From Patescibacteria group bacterium (GTDB lineage Bacteria; Patescibacteriota; Minisyncoccia; Phycocordibacterales; UBA6065): 50,420 bases of DNA. This document shows positions 15,130 to 25,297 of the stretch, one piece after another. Location of the stretch: assembly GCA_028866595.1 (NCBI GenBank), contig JAGWHV010000001.1, forward strand, positions 1-50,420. Direction: 5' to 3'. The position numbers were made by a program, and so were the translations under genes. The notes under the pieces were generated by a model. The model was not told where the DNA came from, made no database searches, and worked only from the letters and a program-made list of their open reading frames with translations. Within the stretch, counting starts at the first letter, position 1. Every line of letters begins with the position of its first letter.

Positions 15130-17205
15130 ATGTCTGAATTCAAAGTCAATAACCGGTTCGAACCGGCCGGCGATCAGCCGAAAGCGATCGACGCCCTCGT
15201 CAAAGGCGTCCGTAAAGGCATGCGCCACCAGACGCTCCTTGGCGTGACTGGCTCCGGCAAGACGTTTACGGCCGCGAATATCGTCGCCGCCATAGGCAAA
15301 CCGACGCTCGTCATCGCCCATAACAAGACGCTCGCCGCCCAGCTCGCCCAGGAATATCGCGAGTTCTTCCCGAACAACGCCGTCCACTACTTCGTCTCGT
15401 ATTACGATTTCTATCAACCCGAGGCATATATGCCGGTGACGGACACATATATAGAGAAAGAAGCGATGATAAACGAAGAGATCGAGCGCTTGCGCCATGC
15501 CTCGACCCAGGCCCTTCTCACGAGGAAAGACGTCATCATCGTCGCTTCCGTCTCCTGCATTTATGGCCTCGGCTCGCCAGTCGAATACGAAAAGGTCAAT
15601 ATGAAAGTCACGACCGGCATGAAAGCCGACAGAGCCGAGCTCATCCGCCGGATGACAAGCATCCATTTCGAGAGGACAAATGCCGACCTCGAGCCGGGCA
15701 TGCTCCGGGCGGTAGGGAATATGATCGAAGTCATGCCTGTGAATGAGAAAGTCATATATCGCATCGCTTTCGAGACGGACAAAGACGGTGCGAGCCGCGT
15801 CAGTCGCATCGATCAGATAGATGCGATCACAAGGGCGATCGTCAAACCGCTTGATGTCTTCTTTCTTTTCCCGGCGAAGCATTTCATCACGGACAAAGAG
15901 CAGGTCGAGCGTGCTTTCACGACGATCAAAGCCGAGCTCGAAGCCAGGCTCAAAGAGCTCGCGGCGCAAGGCAAGACGCTCGAGGCGGAGCGCCTCAAGC
16001 GTCGCACGAATTACGACCTCGCCCTCATCCGCGAAGTTGGCTATTGCAACGGCATAGAGAATTACTCGCGCCATTTCTCCGGCAAGGCTCCGGGCGAGCC
16101 GCCTGACACATTACTCTCGTACTTTCCGCACAAAGCCGACGGCAGCCCGGATTTTCTCACCATCATCGACGAGTCGCACGTCACCATCCCGCAATTGAAC
16201 GGCATGTACGCCGGCGACCAGAGCCGCAAAAAGACGCTCGTCGAGCACGGCTTCCGCTTGCCGAGCGCCTGCGACAATCGGCCGCTCACATTCGAGGAAT
16301 TCGAGACTCGCGTAGGTCAGGCTATATATACTTCGGCGACGCCGGGCGATTTCGAGCGAGCTCATAGCATTCCACCCGAAGGCCAGATCGCCGAGCAAGT
16401 CATCCGCCCGACAGGGCTTCTCGATCCGATCGTCGAGGTTAAGCCCGTCACTGAAAAGCGAGGCGCCGCGGGAGCGGTCTACCCAGGCCAGATCATCGAC
16501 TCGATCGCCGAAGCCGAAAAGGTCGTGGCGAAAGGCTTTCGCGCTATCCTCACCACTTTGACCAAAAAGATGGCCGAAGACCTCGTCGATTACCTCAAAG
16601 AGCGCTCGGTCAAAGCCGAATACCTCCACAGCGATATAAAGACGATCGATCGCATCACTATCCTCACCGATTTCCGCCGCGGCAAATTCGACGTCCTCGT
16701 TGGCGTCAATCTCCTGCGCGAAGGCCTCGACCTGCCGGAGGTCGCCTTTATCGGCATCCTCGACGCCGATAAAGAAGGGTTTCTTCGGTCGGAGACATCT
16801 CTTATCCAGATCATCGGCCGAGCGGCGCGCAACGTCGAAGGCCGAGTCGTCATATACGCCGATACGATGACCGGCTCGATCGAGCGAGCTATTCGCGAGA
16901 CTAACCGCCGGCGAGCTATTCAGGAAGCGTATAACAAGAAGCACGGCATCACCCCGAAGACCATCATCAAGGCGATCAAAGACATCACCGACCAGCTAGA
17001 GAGCGAGCATGACAAGACCGTCAAAGAACAAGTCCGCATAGACGAAGAACTCTTCGCCAAGGATCCGAAAGCGCTTATCAAGAAAAAAGAGGCTGATATG
17101 AGCGAGGCCGTCAAGATCCTTGATTTCGAGACGGCTGCTATCCTTCGCGACGAGATTCAGGCTCTGTATGACAAGCTCGAAGGCCTCCGCTCGAAAAAGC
17201 GATAG
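15130..17205 (+). CDS. uvrB: Excinuclease ABC subunit B
   Basis: PAGDQP, LGVTGSGKT, YFVSYYDFYQPEAY, IDESH, NLLREGLDLPEV, C-terminal UVR domain LDFETAAILRD. Confidence 0.98.
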   Translation: MSEFKVNNRFEPAGDQPKAIDALVKGVRKGMRHQTLLGVTGSGKTFTAANIVAAIGKPTLVIAHNKTLAAQLAQEYREFFPNNAVHYFVSYYDFYQPEAYMPVTDTYIEKEAMINEEIERLRHASTQALLTRKDVIIVASVSCIYGLGSPVEYEKVNMKVTTGMKADRAELIRRMTSIHFERTNADLEPGMLRAVGNMIEVMPVNEKVIYRIAFETDKDGASRVSRIDQIDAITRAIVKPLDVFFLFPAKHFITDKEQVERAFTTIKAELEARLKELAAQGKTLEAERLKRRTNYDLALIREVGYCNGIENYSRHFSGKAPGEPPDTLLSYFPHKADGSPDFLTIIDESHVTIPQLNGMYAGDQSRKKTLVEHGFRLPSACDNRPLTFEEFETRVGQAIYTSATPGDFERAHSIPPEGQIAEQVIRPTGLLDPIVEVKPVTEKRGAAGAVYPGQIIDSIAEAEKVVAKGFRAILTTLTKKMAEDLVDYLKERSVKAEYLHSDIKTIDRITILTDFRRGKFDVLVGVNLLREGLDLPEVAFIGILDADKEGFLRSETSLIQIIGRAARNVEGRVVIYADTMTGSIERAIRETNRRRAIQEAYNKKHGITPKTIIKAIKDITDQLESEHDKTVKEQVRIDEELFAKDPKALIKKKEADMSEAVKILDFETAAILRDEIQALYDKLEGLRSKKR

Positions 17206-17226
17206 CAGCTCTGGTATACTACTGAC

Positions 17227-17610
17227 ATGACAAATCTTCAGGGTAAAAAAGTAGTCTGGGTCGAGGATGACAAATACCTCGTTTCTCTCATAAGCGAGCG
17301 AATGGCTGAAACAGGAGCGAAGCTCGTCGTTGTGAGCGACAGCCTCAAGGCTCATGACACCGTCAAGACCGAAATGCCCGATATCGTCGTCCTCGACCTC
17401 CTCATGAAGTATCTCGACGGCTTCGAGGTCTTGAAACAGCTCAAAGCTGATCCATCGACGAAAGCGATCCCTGTCTTTGTCCTCTCGAATCTCGGCCAGG
17501 AGCAGGAGATCGAACGGGCCAAAGAGCTCGGCGCCGCGAAATTCGTCGTCAAGGCATCTATCGGCCTCGATGGCATCATCCCTGAAATAGGGAAGGTGAT
17601 AGCAAAGTAG
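17227..17610 (+). CDS. Single-domain response regulator (receiver)
   Basis: VVWVEDD, phosphoacceptor in PDIVVLDLLM, conserved Lys in FVVK; no output domain. Confidence 0.92.
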   Translation: MTNLQGKKVVWVEDDKYLVSLISERMAETGAKLVVVSDSLKAHDTVKTEMPDIVVLDLLMKYLDGFEVLKQLKADPSTKAIPVFVLSNLGQEQEIERAKELGAAKFVVKASIGLDGIIPEIGKVIAK

Positions 17611-17719
17611 GGCCGGGCGCTCTTCGAGAAAAGACTCTGCGCAGGCCGTCGAGGCCGAGCAAAGCGCGCGCCAGCAGGCGCGGCGCGGACTTTTCGAGAG
17701 GAGCGCCCGGCCCTACTTT
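17604..17719. repeat. Y-shaped palindromic element B
   Basis: 17604-17622 is the exact reverse complement of 17701-17719. The stem extends imperfectly inward, and outward to 17584/17737. Two GC-rich inner hairpins, one with loop AGCA. Confidence 0.85.
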
Positions 17720-17809
17720 CTATTTTCTCCCTATTTCTGCTATAGTTCACTCGTACCCGACCCCAGGCGCCATCCTGGGGCGCGGTTGCGTATAAGCGGC
17801 GGCAAAGAT

Positions 17810-20449
17810 ATGACCAAGAAGCATCACTCGGAGACGAAAACGGATTTTAACCCAGGGGCCGACAAGCTCGTGGTCAAAGGCGCGCGCACCCACAATCTCA
17901 AGAACATAACCGTCGAGATGCCGCGCAACAAGATGGTGGTCTTCACCGGCCTTTCCGGCTCGGGCAAGTCGTCCCTCGCGTTCGATACGATATTCGCCGA
18001 AGGCCAGCGGCGCTACGTCGAGTCGCTCTCTTCGTACGCTCGCCAATTCCTCCGTCAGATGCAAAAGCCCGATGTCGACGAGATCGCCGGCCTCTCTCCG
18101 GCCATATCGATCGACCAGAAATCACGCTCGAACAATCCGCGCTCGACCGTCGCGACTATCACCGAGATATACGACTATCTGCGCGTGCTCTTCGCCCGCG
18201 TCGGCCATCCGCACTGCCTCGTCTGCGGTCGCGAGATCAAGAGGCTCTCGAATGAAGAGATCCTCGAGACGATCATCGACAGCGTCACCGATCCGACGAG
18301 CGATAAAAAAAGCAACGAAAAGGGCGTCAAAGTCATGGGCGTCGCCGTCGACAAGAACAAGATCAAGATATTCGCGCCCGTCGTCGTCGGCAGGAAAGGC
18401 GAGTACTACCAGATGCTCTACGATTATCTCGGCAAAGGCTACGAAGTCGCCAAGATCGACGGCAAGATCGTGAGGCTCCGCGAGCGCATCGACCTCGAAA
18501 AGAACAAAAAGCACGATATCGACATCCTCGTCGACGAATTCTATGCGAGCGAGTTCAGGATGGATCCGAAAGGCATCCGCGAGAGGCTCGGCGAGGCCGT
18601 CGAGAGGGCGATCCACGAATCGGGCGGCTTGATCAAGATCGACGACCCGCGAGGCGAACGGCTGATGTCGGTCAAATTCATGTGCCCATATGACGGCTAT
18701 GCCTATCCAGAGGTCGAGCCACGGTTGTTCTCGTTCAATTCTCCGTACGGCGCTTGCCCGACATGCAATGGCCTCGGCACTAAATACATATTCGGCGACG
18801 AGCCGTGCGAGACCTGCCACGGCGCCCGTCTGCGCGATGAGGCGCTCAATGTTCTCATAAACGATGCTGATGGCAAAGGCCGCTCGATCGTCGACGTCAC
18901 TCGGATGTCCATATCGGAGGCTTTCGAGTATTTCGGCGGCATCGCTCTCTCCGAAAAAGAGAAGAATATCGCCAAAGTCGTCTTGAAAGAGATCGAATCA
19001 CGCCTTAAATTTATGCTCGATGTCGGTATCGAATATTTGACCCTCGACCGTCGCGCCCACACGCTCTCCGGCGGCGAAGCCCAGCGCATCAGGCTCGCTT
19101 CCCAGCTCGGTTCGGGCCTCGTCGGCGCTCTCTACGTCCTCGACGAGCCGACGATCGGCCTTCACCAGCGCGACAATGACCGGCTGATCAAGACCTTGCT
19201 CCATCTGCGCGATCTCGGCAACACCATACTCGTCGTCGAGCATGACGAAGATACGATATTCGCCTCCGATTACATCGTCGACATTGGGCCGGGCGCCGGC
19301 GTTCATGGCGGCAAAGTCGTCGCCACCGGCTGGCTCGAGCCTCTCCTCACGGCGAAGAAAAATGAATCTGGATCGCTCACTCTCGCGTATCTGCGCGGGG
19401 AGATGCGCGTCGATCTGCCGGACGCTCGACGCAATCAAGATAAAGGCAAGATATCCATCCGCGGCGGCAACATCTTTAATATAAAAGACCTGGACGTTGA
19501 TATTCCTCTCGGCAAGCTCGTTTGTATCACCGGCGTCTCCGGCTCGGGCAAGTCGTCGTTTCTCTACGAGATCATTCACAAGAACCTCCAAGGGCGCTTG
19601 GAGAAGAGGCACCGGACAGCCGAGACATTCAATTGCGCTTCGTTCACCGGCACCGAATACGTCTCGCGCACGATCCTCATAGATCAAAGCCCGATCGGTC
19701 GGACGCCGCGCTCCAATCCGGTCACGTACACGGGCGCCTGGTCTTTCATCCGCGACTTGTTCGCTGAGACCGCCGAGGCCCGGGCGCGCGGCTGGAAAGC
19801 CAATCGTTTTTCTTTTAACGTCAAAGGCGGCCGCTGCGAAGCCTGCCAGGGCAACGGCGAGATCGCCGTCGAGATGCATTTCTTGCCGACCGTTTATGTG
19901 CCGTGCGAAGTCTGCCAGGGCAAGCGCTTCCAGAAAGACACCCTCGAGATCGAATACAAGGGCAAGAACGTCTACGACGTCCTTCAAATGACGGTCGAGG
20001 AAGGGCTGAAGTTTTTTGAGGACATCCCAGCCATATATGATCGCCTGCGGACGCTCTCCGACGTCGGCCTCGGCTATCTCGAGCTCGGCCAATCCGCGAC
20101 GACGCTCTCCGGCGGCGAAGCCCAGCGCGTCAAGATATCCTCGGAGCTCTATCGGCCCGATACCCACCGCACCATATATCTCCTCGACGAGCCGACGGTC
20201 GGCCTCCACTATGAAGACGTCCGCAAATTGATCGAGATCCTTCAGAAGCTCGTCGACCACGGCAACACCGTCATCGTCATCGAGCACAATCTTGATCTCA
20301 TCAAGTGCGCCGATTACATCATCGATATGGGGCCGGAGGGCGGCCAAGACGGCGGTCATATCGTCGCCAAAGGAACGCCCGAGGACGTGGCGGCGAACAG
20401 CAAATCGCACACAGGCGCGTATCTTAAAAAAGTCCTGAAGAGGAAATAA
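17810..20449 (+). CDS. uvrA: Excinuclease ABC subunit A (insertion domain absent)
   Basis: [10 protein letters not shown], two Walker A motifs ([18 protein letters not shown]), two LSGGEAQR signatures, Zn-binding Cys pairs. Confidence 0.98.
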   Translation: MTKKHHSETKTDFNPGADKLVVKGARTHNLKNITVEMPRNKMVVFTGLSGSGKSSLAFDTIFAEGQRRYVESLSSYARQFLRQMQKPDVDEIAGLSPAISIDQKSRSNNPRSTVATITEIYDYLRVLFARVGHPHCLVCGREIKRLSNEEILETIIDSVTDPTSDKKSNEKGVKVMGVAVDKNKIKIFAPVVVGRKGEYYQMLYDYLGKGYEVAKIDGKIVRLRERIDLEKNKKHDIDILVDEFYASEFRMDPKGIRERLGEAVERAIHESGGLIKIDDPRGERLMSVKFMCPYDGYAYPEVEPRLFSFNSPYGACPTCNGLGTKYIFGDEPCETCHGARLRDEALNVLINDADGKGRSIVDVTRMSISEAFEYFGGIALSEKEKNIAKVVLKEIESRLKFMLDVGIEYLTLDRRAHTLSGGEAQRIRLASQLGSGLVGALYVLDEPTIGLHQRDNDRLIKTLLHLRDLGNTILVVEHDEDTIFASDYIVDIGPGAGVHGGKVVATGWLEPLLTAKKNESGSLTLAYLRGEMRVDLPDARRNQDKGKISIRGGNIFNIKDLDVDIPLGKLVCITGVSGSGKSSFLYEIIHKNLQGRLEKRHRTAETFNCASFTGTEYVSRTILIDQSPIGRTPRSNPVTYTGAWSFIRDLFAETAEARARGWKANRFSFNVKGGRCEACQGNGEIAVEMHFLPTVYVPCEVCQGKRFQKDTLEIEYKGKNVYDVLQMTVEEGLKFFEDIPAIYDRLRTLSDVGLGYLELGQSATTLSGGEAQRVKISSELYRPDTHRTIYLLDEPTVGLHYEDVRKLIEILQKLVDHGNTVIVIEHNLDLIKCADYIIDMGPEGGQDGGHIVAKGTPEDVAANSKSHTGAYLKKVLKRK

Positions 20450-20476
20450 ACGTCCTGAATAAAAAAGCCCGAAGCG

Positions 20477-20785
20477 CTAACGCTCCGGACCGAACGTATT
20501 GCGGATCTCCTTTTTCTTCTTCCGCGCTTTTAGGATGCGGATAGGGTAGGGAGCCAGCGTCGAGCCCGTAAATCCGCCGGCGAATGTGGCTATCATGAGC
20601 GCCACGGTATTATGTGGGAATGCCACGAAGGCGCCCAGACCGCCGCATAACGGCAGTACTAACAGGGCGGCGATCAAGAGGCGCAAAGTCCGTGAACGCT
20701 GTTTCTTGACCCATTCCTTGAAAAATTCGGAGATCGTCATGGTTGAAAGATCATGATGGCGGGATCGTGAGTCGGTAGTATCCAT
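20477..20785 (-). CDS. Small hypothetical membrane protein (two TM helices, basic tail)
   Basis: Hydrophobic hairpin followed by KARKKKK; fills the uvrA-uvrC gap; has its own terminator. Confidence 0.6.
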   Translation of the reverse strand: MDTTDSRSRHHDLSTMTISEFFKEWVKKQRSRTLRLLIAALLVLPLCGGLGAFVAFPHNTVALMIATFAGGFTGSTLAPYPIRILKARKKKKEIRNTFGPER

Positions 20786-20855
20786 TCGGTATGATTACAG
20801 CACATTTCGTGTTATAGTGCAAACCGCTCCATCGCATTTGACCGCATCCGAACGC

Positions 20856-22154
20856 ATGACCATAGAAGATTTCGAAAAACTGAATATCCCCGACGCGCCC
20901 GGCGTCTATTTCTGGAAAGAAGGCCGGACTATTCTTTATATCGGCAAAGCCACGTCGCTCTGCGATCGCGTCAGGTCGTATTTTTCGGCTGATCTCATAT
21001 CGACCCGCGGCCCGCGCATGGTCGACATGGTTTTTCGCGCTGATTCGATCGAATGGATGGAGACAGATTCTGTCCTCGAAGCGATGATCGCCGAGGCTAA
21101 CTTGATAAAAAAGCATTGGCCTGACTATAACGTCAAAGAAAAAGACGATAGGAGCTGGAACTATGTCATCATCACCCGCGGCGGGCGCCACGGTCGGCGC
21201 AGTGAACGCGGCCCAAGCGGCGAATTTCCGCGCGTCCTCACGATCCGCGGCCGGACGCTCGAAGTTGAGAAGCAAAAGAAGCTCCTCAAAGTCCGCCGGA
21301 CGTTCGGGCCGTTCACGAGTGGCTCGGCATTGCGCGAAGCTCTCAAAATAATCCGCCGGACATTCCCGTTCATCGACAGGCACTCATCGTCGAAATACAC
21401 GAGCACCTTTTACCGCCAGATTGGCCTCGCTCCCGACACCGCCACCGCCGAGGCGCGAGCCGCGTACGAGAAAAATATCGACCACATCATTCTTTTCTTT
21501 GAAGGAAAAAAGAAAAAGCTCATCCGCGAGCTCGATCGAGAGATGGACGCCTGCGCCAAAAAGCTCGAATTTGAAAAAGCCGCTCTGATCAAAGGCAAGA
21601 TCTTTGCCCTCGAGCATATCCAAGACGTCGCCCTTATCAAAGACGACGTCCAAGCATTCGATTGGCGGCCGGAGACGGCTGATCGCGAAGCGGAGGGTTT
21701 TCGCATCGAGGCGTATGACGTCGCTCACATGTCCGGCAAAGAAACGGTCGGCGTCATGACTGTCGTCATCGACGGTGAGCCGGATAAAAACGAATACCGC
21801 CGATTCAAGCTCGATTCGCGGACGGGCAATAATGACACCGCCAACCTCCGCGAGATCATCGAGAGGCGAGCGAAGCACCCCGAATGGCGCTCGCCGAACC
21901 TCATCGTTATCGACGGCGGCCAGAGCCAGCTCAATCTCGCGGAAAAAACATTCCGTGCTCTCGGCATCTCGGTGCCTCTTGTCTCTGTCATCAAAGACGA
22001 CAGGCACAAGCCTGCGGACATTCTCGGAGATCCGGCTCTCATATCGCGGCACAAGAAAGCAGTGCTCCTCGCCAATAGCGAAGCGCACAGATTCGCGATC
22101 TCCTATCACAGGAAGCTCCGCCGGATCAGGAATCCTCGCCGAGGCACATTCTAA
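20856..22154 (+). CDS. uvrC: Excinuclease ABC subunit C, lacking the C-terminal HhH domain
   Basis: GIY-YIG PGVYFW..LYIGKA..RVRSYF; UVR LEFEKAA; RNase H-like RIEAYDVAH, LIVIDGG; ends soon after EAHRFAISYHR. Confidence 0.93.
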   Translation: MTIEDFEKLNIPDAPGVYFWKEGRTILYIGKATSLCDRVRSYFSADLISTRGPRMVDMVFRADSIEWMETDSVLEAMIAEANLIKKHWPDYNVKEKDDRSWNYVIITRGGRHGRRSERGPSGEFPRVLTIRGRTLEVEKQKKLLKVRRTFGPFTSGSALREALKIIRRTFPFIDRHSSSKYTSTFYRQIGLAPDTATAEARAAYEKNIDHIILFFEGKKKKLIRELDREMDACAKKLEFEKAALIKGKIFALEHIQDVALIKDDVQAFDWRPETADREAEGFRIEAYDVAHMSGKETVGVMTVVIDGEPDKNEYRRFKLDSRTGNNDTANLREIIERRAKHPEWRSPNLIVIDGGQSQLNLAEKTFRALGISVPLVSVIKDDRHKPADILGDPALISRHKKAVLLANSEAHRFAISYHRKLRRIRNPRRGTF

Positions 22155-22187
22155 CCGCTCGGGCGCAACCTGCGTTATACTTGGTAT

Positions 22188-23180
22188 ATGTCTTTCGCTC
22201 AAAAGATACGAGTGGCGGTGCTCCGCGGTGGGCCTTCGTCGGAATACGACGTATCACTCAAATCCGGCGAGGCCGTTCTCAAAAATCTGCCTTCGAGATA
22301 CGAAGGCATAGACGTTTTCATATCGAAAGACGGCGTCTGGCACGTCCATGGCGTCGAGAAGAGCCCGGCGGAGGCGCTTAAAACGGCCGACGTCGCTTTC
22401 GTCGCCCTCCATGGCCAATACGGCGAGGACGGCAAAGTCCAAGCCATCCTCGAGCGCCTCGGTGTCCCATTCACGGGCTCGAACGCATTCGCTTCTGCGG
22501 TGGCGATGAACAAGCACCTCGCCAAAAAAGCTCTCGGTGCCCTTAAAGGCAAGATAAAGATGGCCGCTCATAAGATATTCTCCCGCGAAGAAGTCGCACA
22601 GAAAGGCCCTCACATCATATTCCGCGAGATCGTCTTGCCCTCCATCGTCAAGCCGTCTTCTGCCGGTTCGTCCATCGGCATATCGATTGTGAAATCATTC
22701 TCCGATCTCGAGCCGGCGCTCCGGCAAGCTCTCGAGCACTCCGACGCCGTCATCATCGAAGAATTCATAGAGGGCAGGGAAGCGACATGCGGCATCCTCG
22801 AACGTTTCCGAGGAGAGGATCATTACGCATTCCTGCCGATCGAAATCGTCCATCCGGAGACATCGGAGTTTTTCGACTACAAGGCGAAATATGGCGGGGC
22901 GGACGGCGGCGCTCTCGAGATATCCCCGGGTAATTTCGACGAGGAGACGAAGCGGGCGATACAGACGGCGGCCGCTCTCGTTCATCGCGAGCTCGGCTTG
23001 CGCCATTACTCCCGTTCCGATTTCATCATCCACCCGAAACGCGGTATGTATTTCCTCGAAGCAAATACGCTCCCGGGCCTCACGGCGGAATCTTTGGTGC
23101 CGAAATCGACGGCCGCCGTTGGGCTCTCGATGCCGCAATTCCTCGATCACGTCATATCGCTCGCTCGCGGGGAGGCGTAG
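22188..23180 (+). CDS. ddl: D-alanine--D-alanine ligase
   Basis: GGPSSEYDVSLKSG, LHGQYGEDG, GSSIGI, FFDYKAKY, LEANTLPGLT. Confidence 0.95.
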   Translation: MSFAQKIRVAVLRGGPSSEYDVSLKSGEAVLKNLPSRYEGIDVFISKDGVWHVHGVEKSPAEALKTADVAFVALHGQYGEDGKVQAILERLGVPFTGSNAFASAVAMNKHLAKKALGALKGKIKMAAHKIFSREEVAQKGPHIIFREIVLPSIVKPSSAGSSIGISIVKSFSDLEPALRQALEHSDAVIIEEFIEGREATCGILERFRGEDHYAFLPIEIVHPETSEFFDYKAKYGGADGGALEISPGNFDEETKRAIQTAAALVHRELGLRHYSRSDFIIHPKRGMYFLEANTLPGLTAESLVPKSTAAVGLSMPQFLDHVISLARGEA

Positions 23181-23200
23181 AAAATCTATTCAGGTGGACC

Positions 23201-23292
23201 GTACAGGATTCGGTCACGGGTTCCGGCCTGCTGGCCGGCCCCGCGACCCCGCCTCGGCGACCTTCGTCGCCTCCGGCTTTCTCATCCTGTAC
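23201..23292 (-). repeat. Y-shaped element C downstream of tRNA-Ala, ending in a copy of the tRNA 3' end
   Basis: GTACAGGAT / ATCCTGTAC closing stem and two inner hairpins; 23194-23212 is identical to 23338-23356. Confidence 0.8.
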
Positions 23293-23295
23293 CCA

Positions 23296-23336
23296 GCATA
23301 CTAAAACACCCGCCAAAAGCGGATGTTTTAGTATGC
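23296..23336. terminator. Long hairpin immediately 3' of tRNA-Ala
   Basis: GCATACTAAAACA.CCGC / GCGG.TGTTTTAGTATGC inverted repeat. Confidence 0.6.
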
Positions 23337-23338
23337 AG

Positions 23339-23411
23339 TGGACCGTACAGGATTCGAACCTGCGACCCCCTGCTTGCAAAGCAGGTGCTCTACCAACTGA
23401 GCTAACGGCCC
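23339..23411 (-). tRNA. tRNA-Ala (UGC)
   Basis: GGGCCGTTAGCTCAGTTGGTAGAGCACCTGCT-TTGCA-AGCAGGGGGTCGCAGGTTCGAATCCTGTACGGTCCA; G3:U70 pair; no encoded CCA. Confidence 0.97.
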
Positions 23412-23522
23412 ATACCGGGTCTTATATCTACCAAGACAGCTAACGGCCCATTTCGGGGTTCATAGCACTTTAGCTTAGAACCGACCCTTTATCAATATCC
23501 TCGTTTAGTATAAAGTGATGCA

Positions 23523-24098
23523 ATGCCCCTCGCGCTTGTCAGTCAATTGTCGTATTTCGCTCTTTTCGTCGTGATGATCATCGAAGGGCCTGTCGTGACG
23601 TCCGCCGCGGCGTTCGCGGCGCGGTTCGGCGTGTTTTCGGTATGGGTGGTGTTCTTCCTGTCGATCGCCGGCGACATCGTCGGCGATTTCATCTATTACG
23701 GCGTCGGCTGGGCATCGCGTAAAACGCTCATCGACAACCACGGCCACAAATTCGGTCTCGATCAGGAAAAGATGGCCCGAATCGACGTGGCGTTCAAGAA
23801 GCACAAATACAAGACGCTTATCATATCGAAGCTCGTGCCGGCTCTGCCCGGGCCCGTGCTCATCGCCGCCGGCGCCCTCGATATGCCGTTTTGGACGCTC
23901 CTCTGGCTCTCGGCGGCGATGGCTGCGCCGAAATACGCGCTCTTCGCCCTCATCGGCTACGAATTCGGCGATCTCTATACGAAGTTCTTTCACTACTATG
24001 ACGTCGTTGGCTGGATAGTCGCCGCCGTTGTCATCGTTGGTTCGTATATCGCCTATAAAAAATCTCTCAAAGCGATCTTCAAAGACACAGAGCTATGA
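23523..24098 (+). CDS. DedA/VTT-family membrane protein
   Basis: IIEGPVV, AGDIVGDFIYYGVG and SKLVP motifs; hydrophobic. Confidence 0.88.
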   Translation: MPLALVSQLSYFALFVVMIIEGPVVTSAAAFAARFGVFSVWVVFFLSIAGDIVGDFIYYGVGWASRKTLIDNHGHKFGLDQEKMARIDVAFKKHKYKTLIISKLVPALPGPVLIAAGALDMPFWTLLWLSAAMAAPKYALFALIGYEFGDLYTKFFHYYDVVGWIVAAVVIVGSYIAYKKSLKAIFKDTEL

Positions 24099-25297
24099 AG
24101 ATACTTTTTTATTCTGACAATCTCTATCCGGAGATAAGCGGCATCTCTGATTCCATCATATCTCTCGCCGAAGAGCTCAAACGCCGCGGGCATGTCGTCG
24201 CATTCGCTGGGCCGCGATACGGCGCGGCCGACTACGCGATGATAGGCAAGACGCCGACGGATCCGTCGCCTCTCGATAGATATCAAGTCTGTCGCATCCC
24301 GGGCACACCTCTCGGCGCGGGTGCGGCTTCTGGCGTAGGACGCATGATCGTACCTTTCGGCTGGTCTCTCGGTTTCGTCCGACGGTTCAAGCCGGATGTC
24401 ATCCACACGCAATCGCCTTTCGGCGCGGGCATCGAGGCGTATCTCGCATCACGGATATTCGGCGTTTCTCTCGTCGGTACGAACCACACGGCTATCGACC
24501 AGTACATCAGGATATACGGTCCGTTCCGCGGAGACTGGGCTGTTTGGCTCGCGAACAAGATGTTCGCCCTTTACTACAATCGCTGCGTCTTCATGTCCGC
24601 GCCAGCCGCCGCTCTCGTCCGGGAGATGAGATCGTATGGGCTCAAGACGCCCGCTCAAATGATATCGAATCCGACGTCTCTTGGCCTTTTCTCGCCAGCG
24701 ACAGATGATGCCAAACAGGCGATCCGCCGCGAGCTCGGTCTCGACGGCAGAGTCGTGATGTTCAGCGGCCGGCTCGGCATTGAAAAGAAGACGACAGTGC
24801 TGTTGCGCGGCTTCGCCCGCCTGCGCGCGCGGGTGCCCGATGCTAGGCTCGTCATCGCCGGCGGCGGCCCCGTCGAGACGAGCCTTCGCGCCCTCGTCGC
24901 CGAAGAGAATCTCGGCGATTCTGTCGTATTTACCGGCTTCCTTGATCATCCGACACTCGCGAAATGGTACAAGGCCGCGGATGTTTTCGCTAACATGTGT
25001 CCCATCGAGACGCAGTGCCTGTCCCTCATGCAAGCGTTCGCGAGCGCTTTGCCGGCAGTCGGCGTCGATCAAGGAGCAGTTGGGGAACACATCAAGCCGG
25101 AATTCGGGTATACTGTTCCAGACGGCGGTGTCGAAGCCCTCGCCCGGGCGCTCGAACGGCTCCTCGCGGATCCGGCCGCCGCGCGGGCGATGGGCGAGCA
25201 GGCCTTCGCGTACGTCAGGCAGTTCTCCCAATCCGCCGTCGCCGATATCTGGGAAGAAGTCTATGGAAAAAGTCTCGATCGTCATACCTGCTCATAA
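24095..25297 (+). CDS. Glycosyltransferase family 4 (glycolipid-synthase-like)
   Basis: MKILFYSDNLYPEISG, PDVIHTQSPF, GTNHT, SGRLGIEK, ETQCLSLMQA. Confidence 0.9.
   Translation: MKILFYSDNLYPEISGISDSIISLAEELKRRGHVVAFAGPRYGAADYAMIGKTPTDPSPLDRYQVCRIPGTPLGAGAASGVGRMIVPFGWSLGFVRRFKPDVIHTQSPFGAGIEAYLASRIFGVSLVGTNHTAIDQYIRIYGPFRGDWAVWLANKMFALYYNRCVFMSAPAAALVREMRSYGLKTPAQMISNPTSLGLFSPATDDAKQAIRRELGLDGRVVMFSGRLGIEKKTTVLLRGFARLRARVPDARLVIAGGGPVETSLRALVAEENLGDSVVFTGFLDHPTLAKWYKAADVFANMCPIETQCLSLMQAFASALPAVGVDQGAVGEHIKPEFGYTVPDGGVEALARALERLLADPAAARAMGEQAFAYVRQFSQSAVADIWEEVYGKSLDRHTCS

Noticed and set aside
23194..23356. Prophage or genomic island integrated at tRNA-Ala
   Set aside because: The direct repeats are only 144 bp apart, with no integrase or cargo between them.
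24780..25262. N-terminal extensions given by the ORF track for GT2 (also leuS 32716, ychF 30251, zwf 27768)
   Set aside because: They overlap upstream genes or terminators; family motifs begin at the downstream starts I used.
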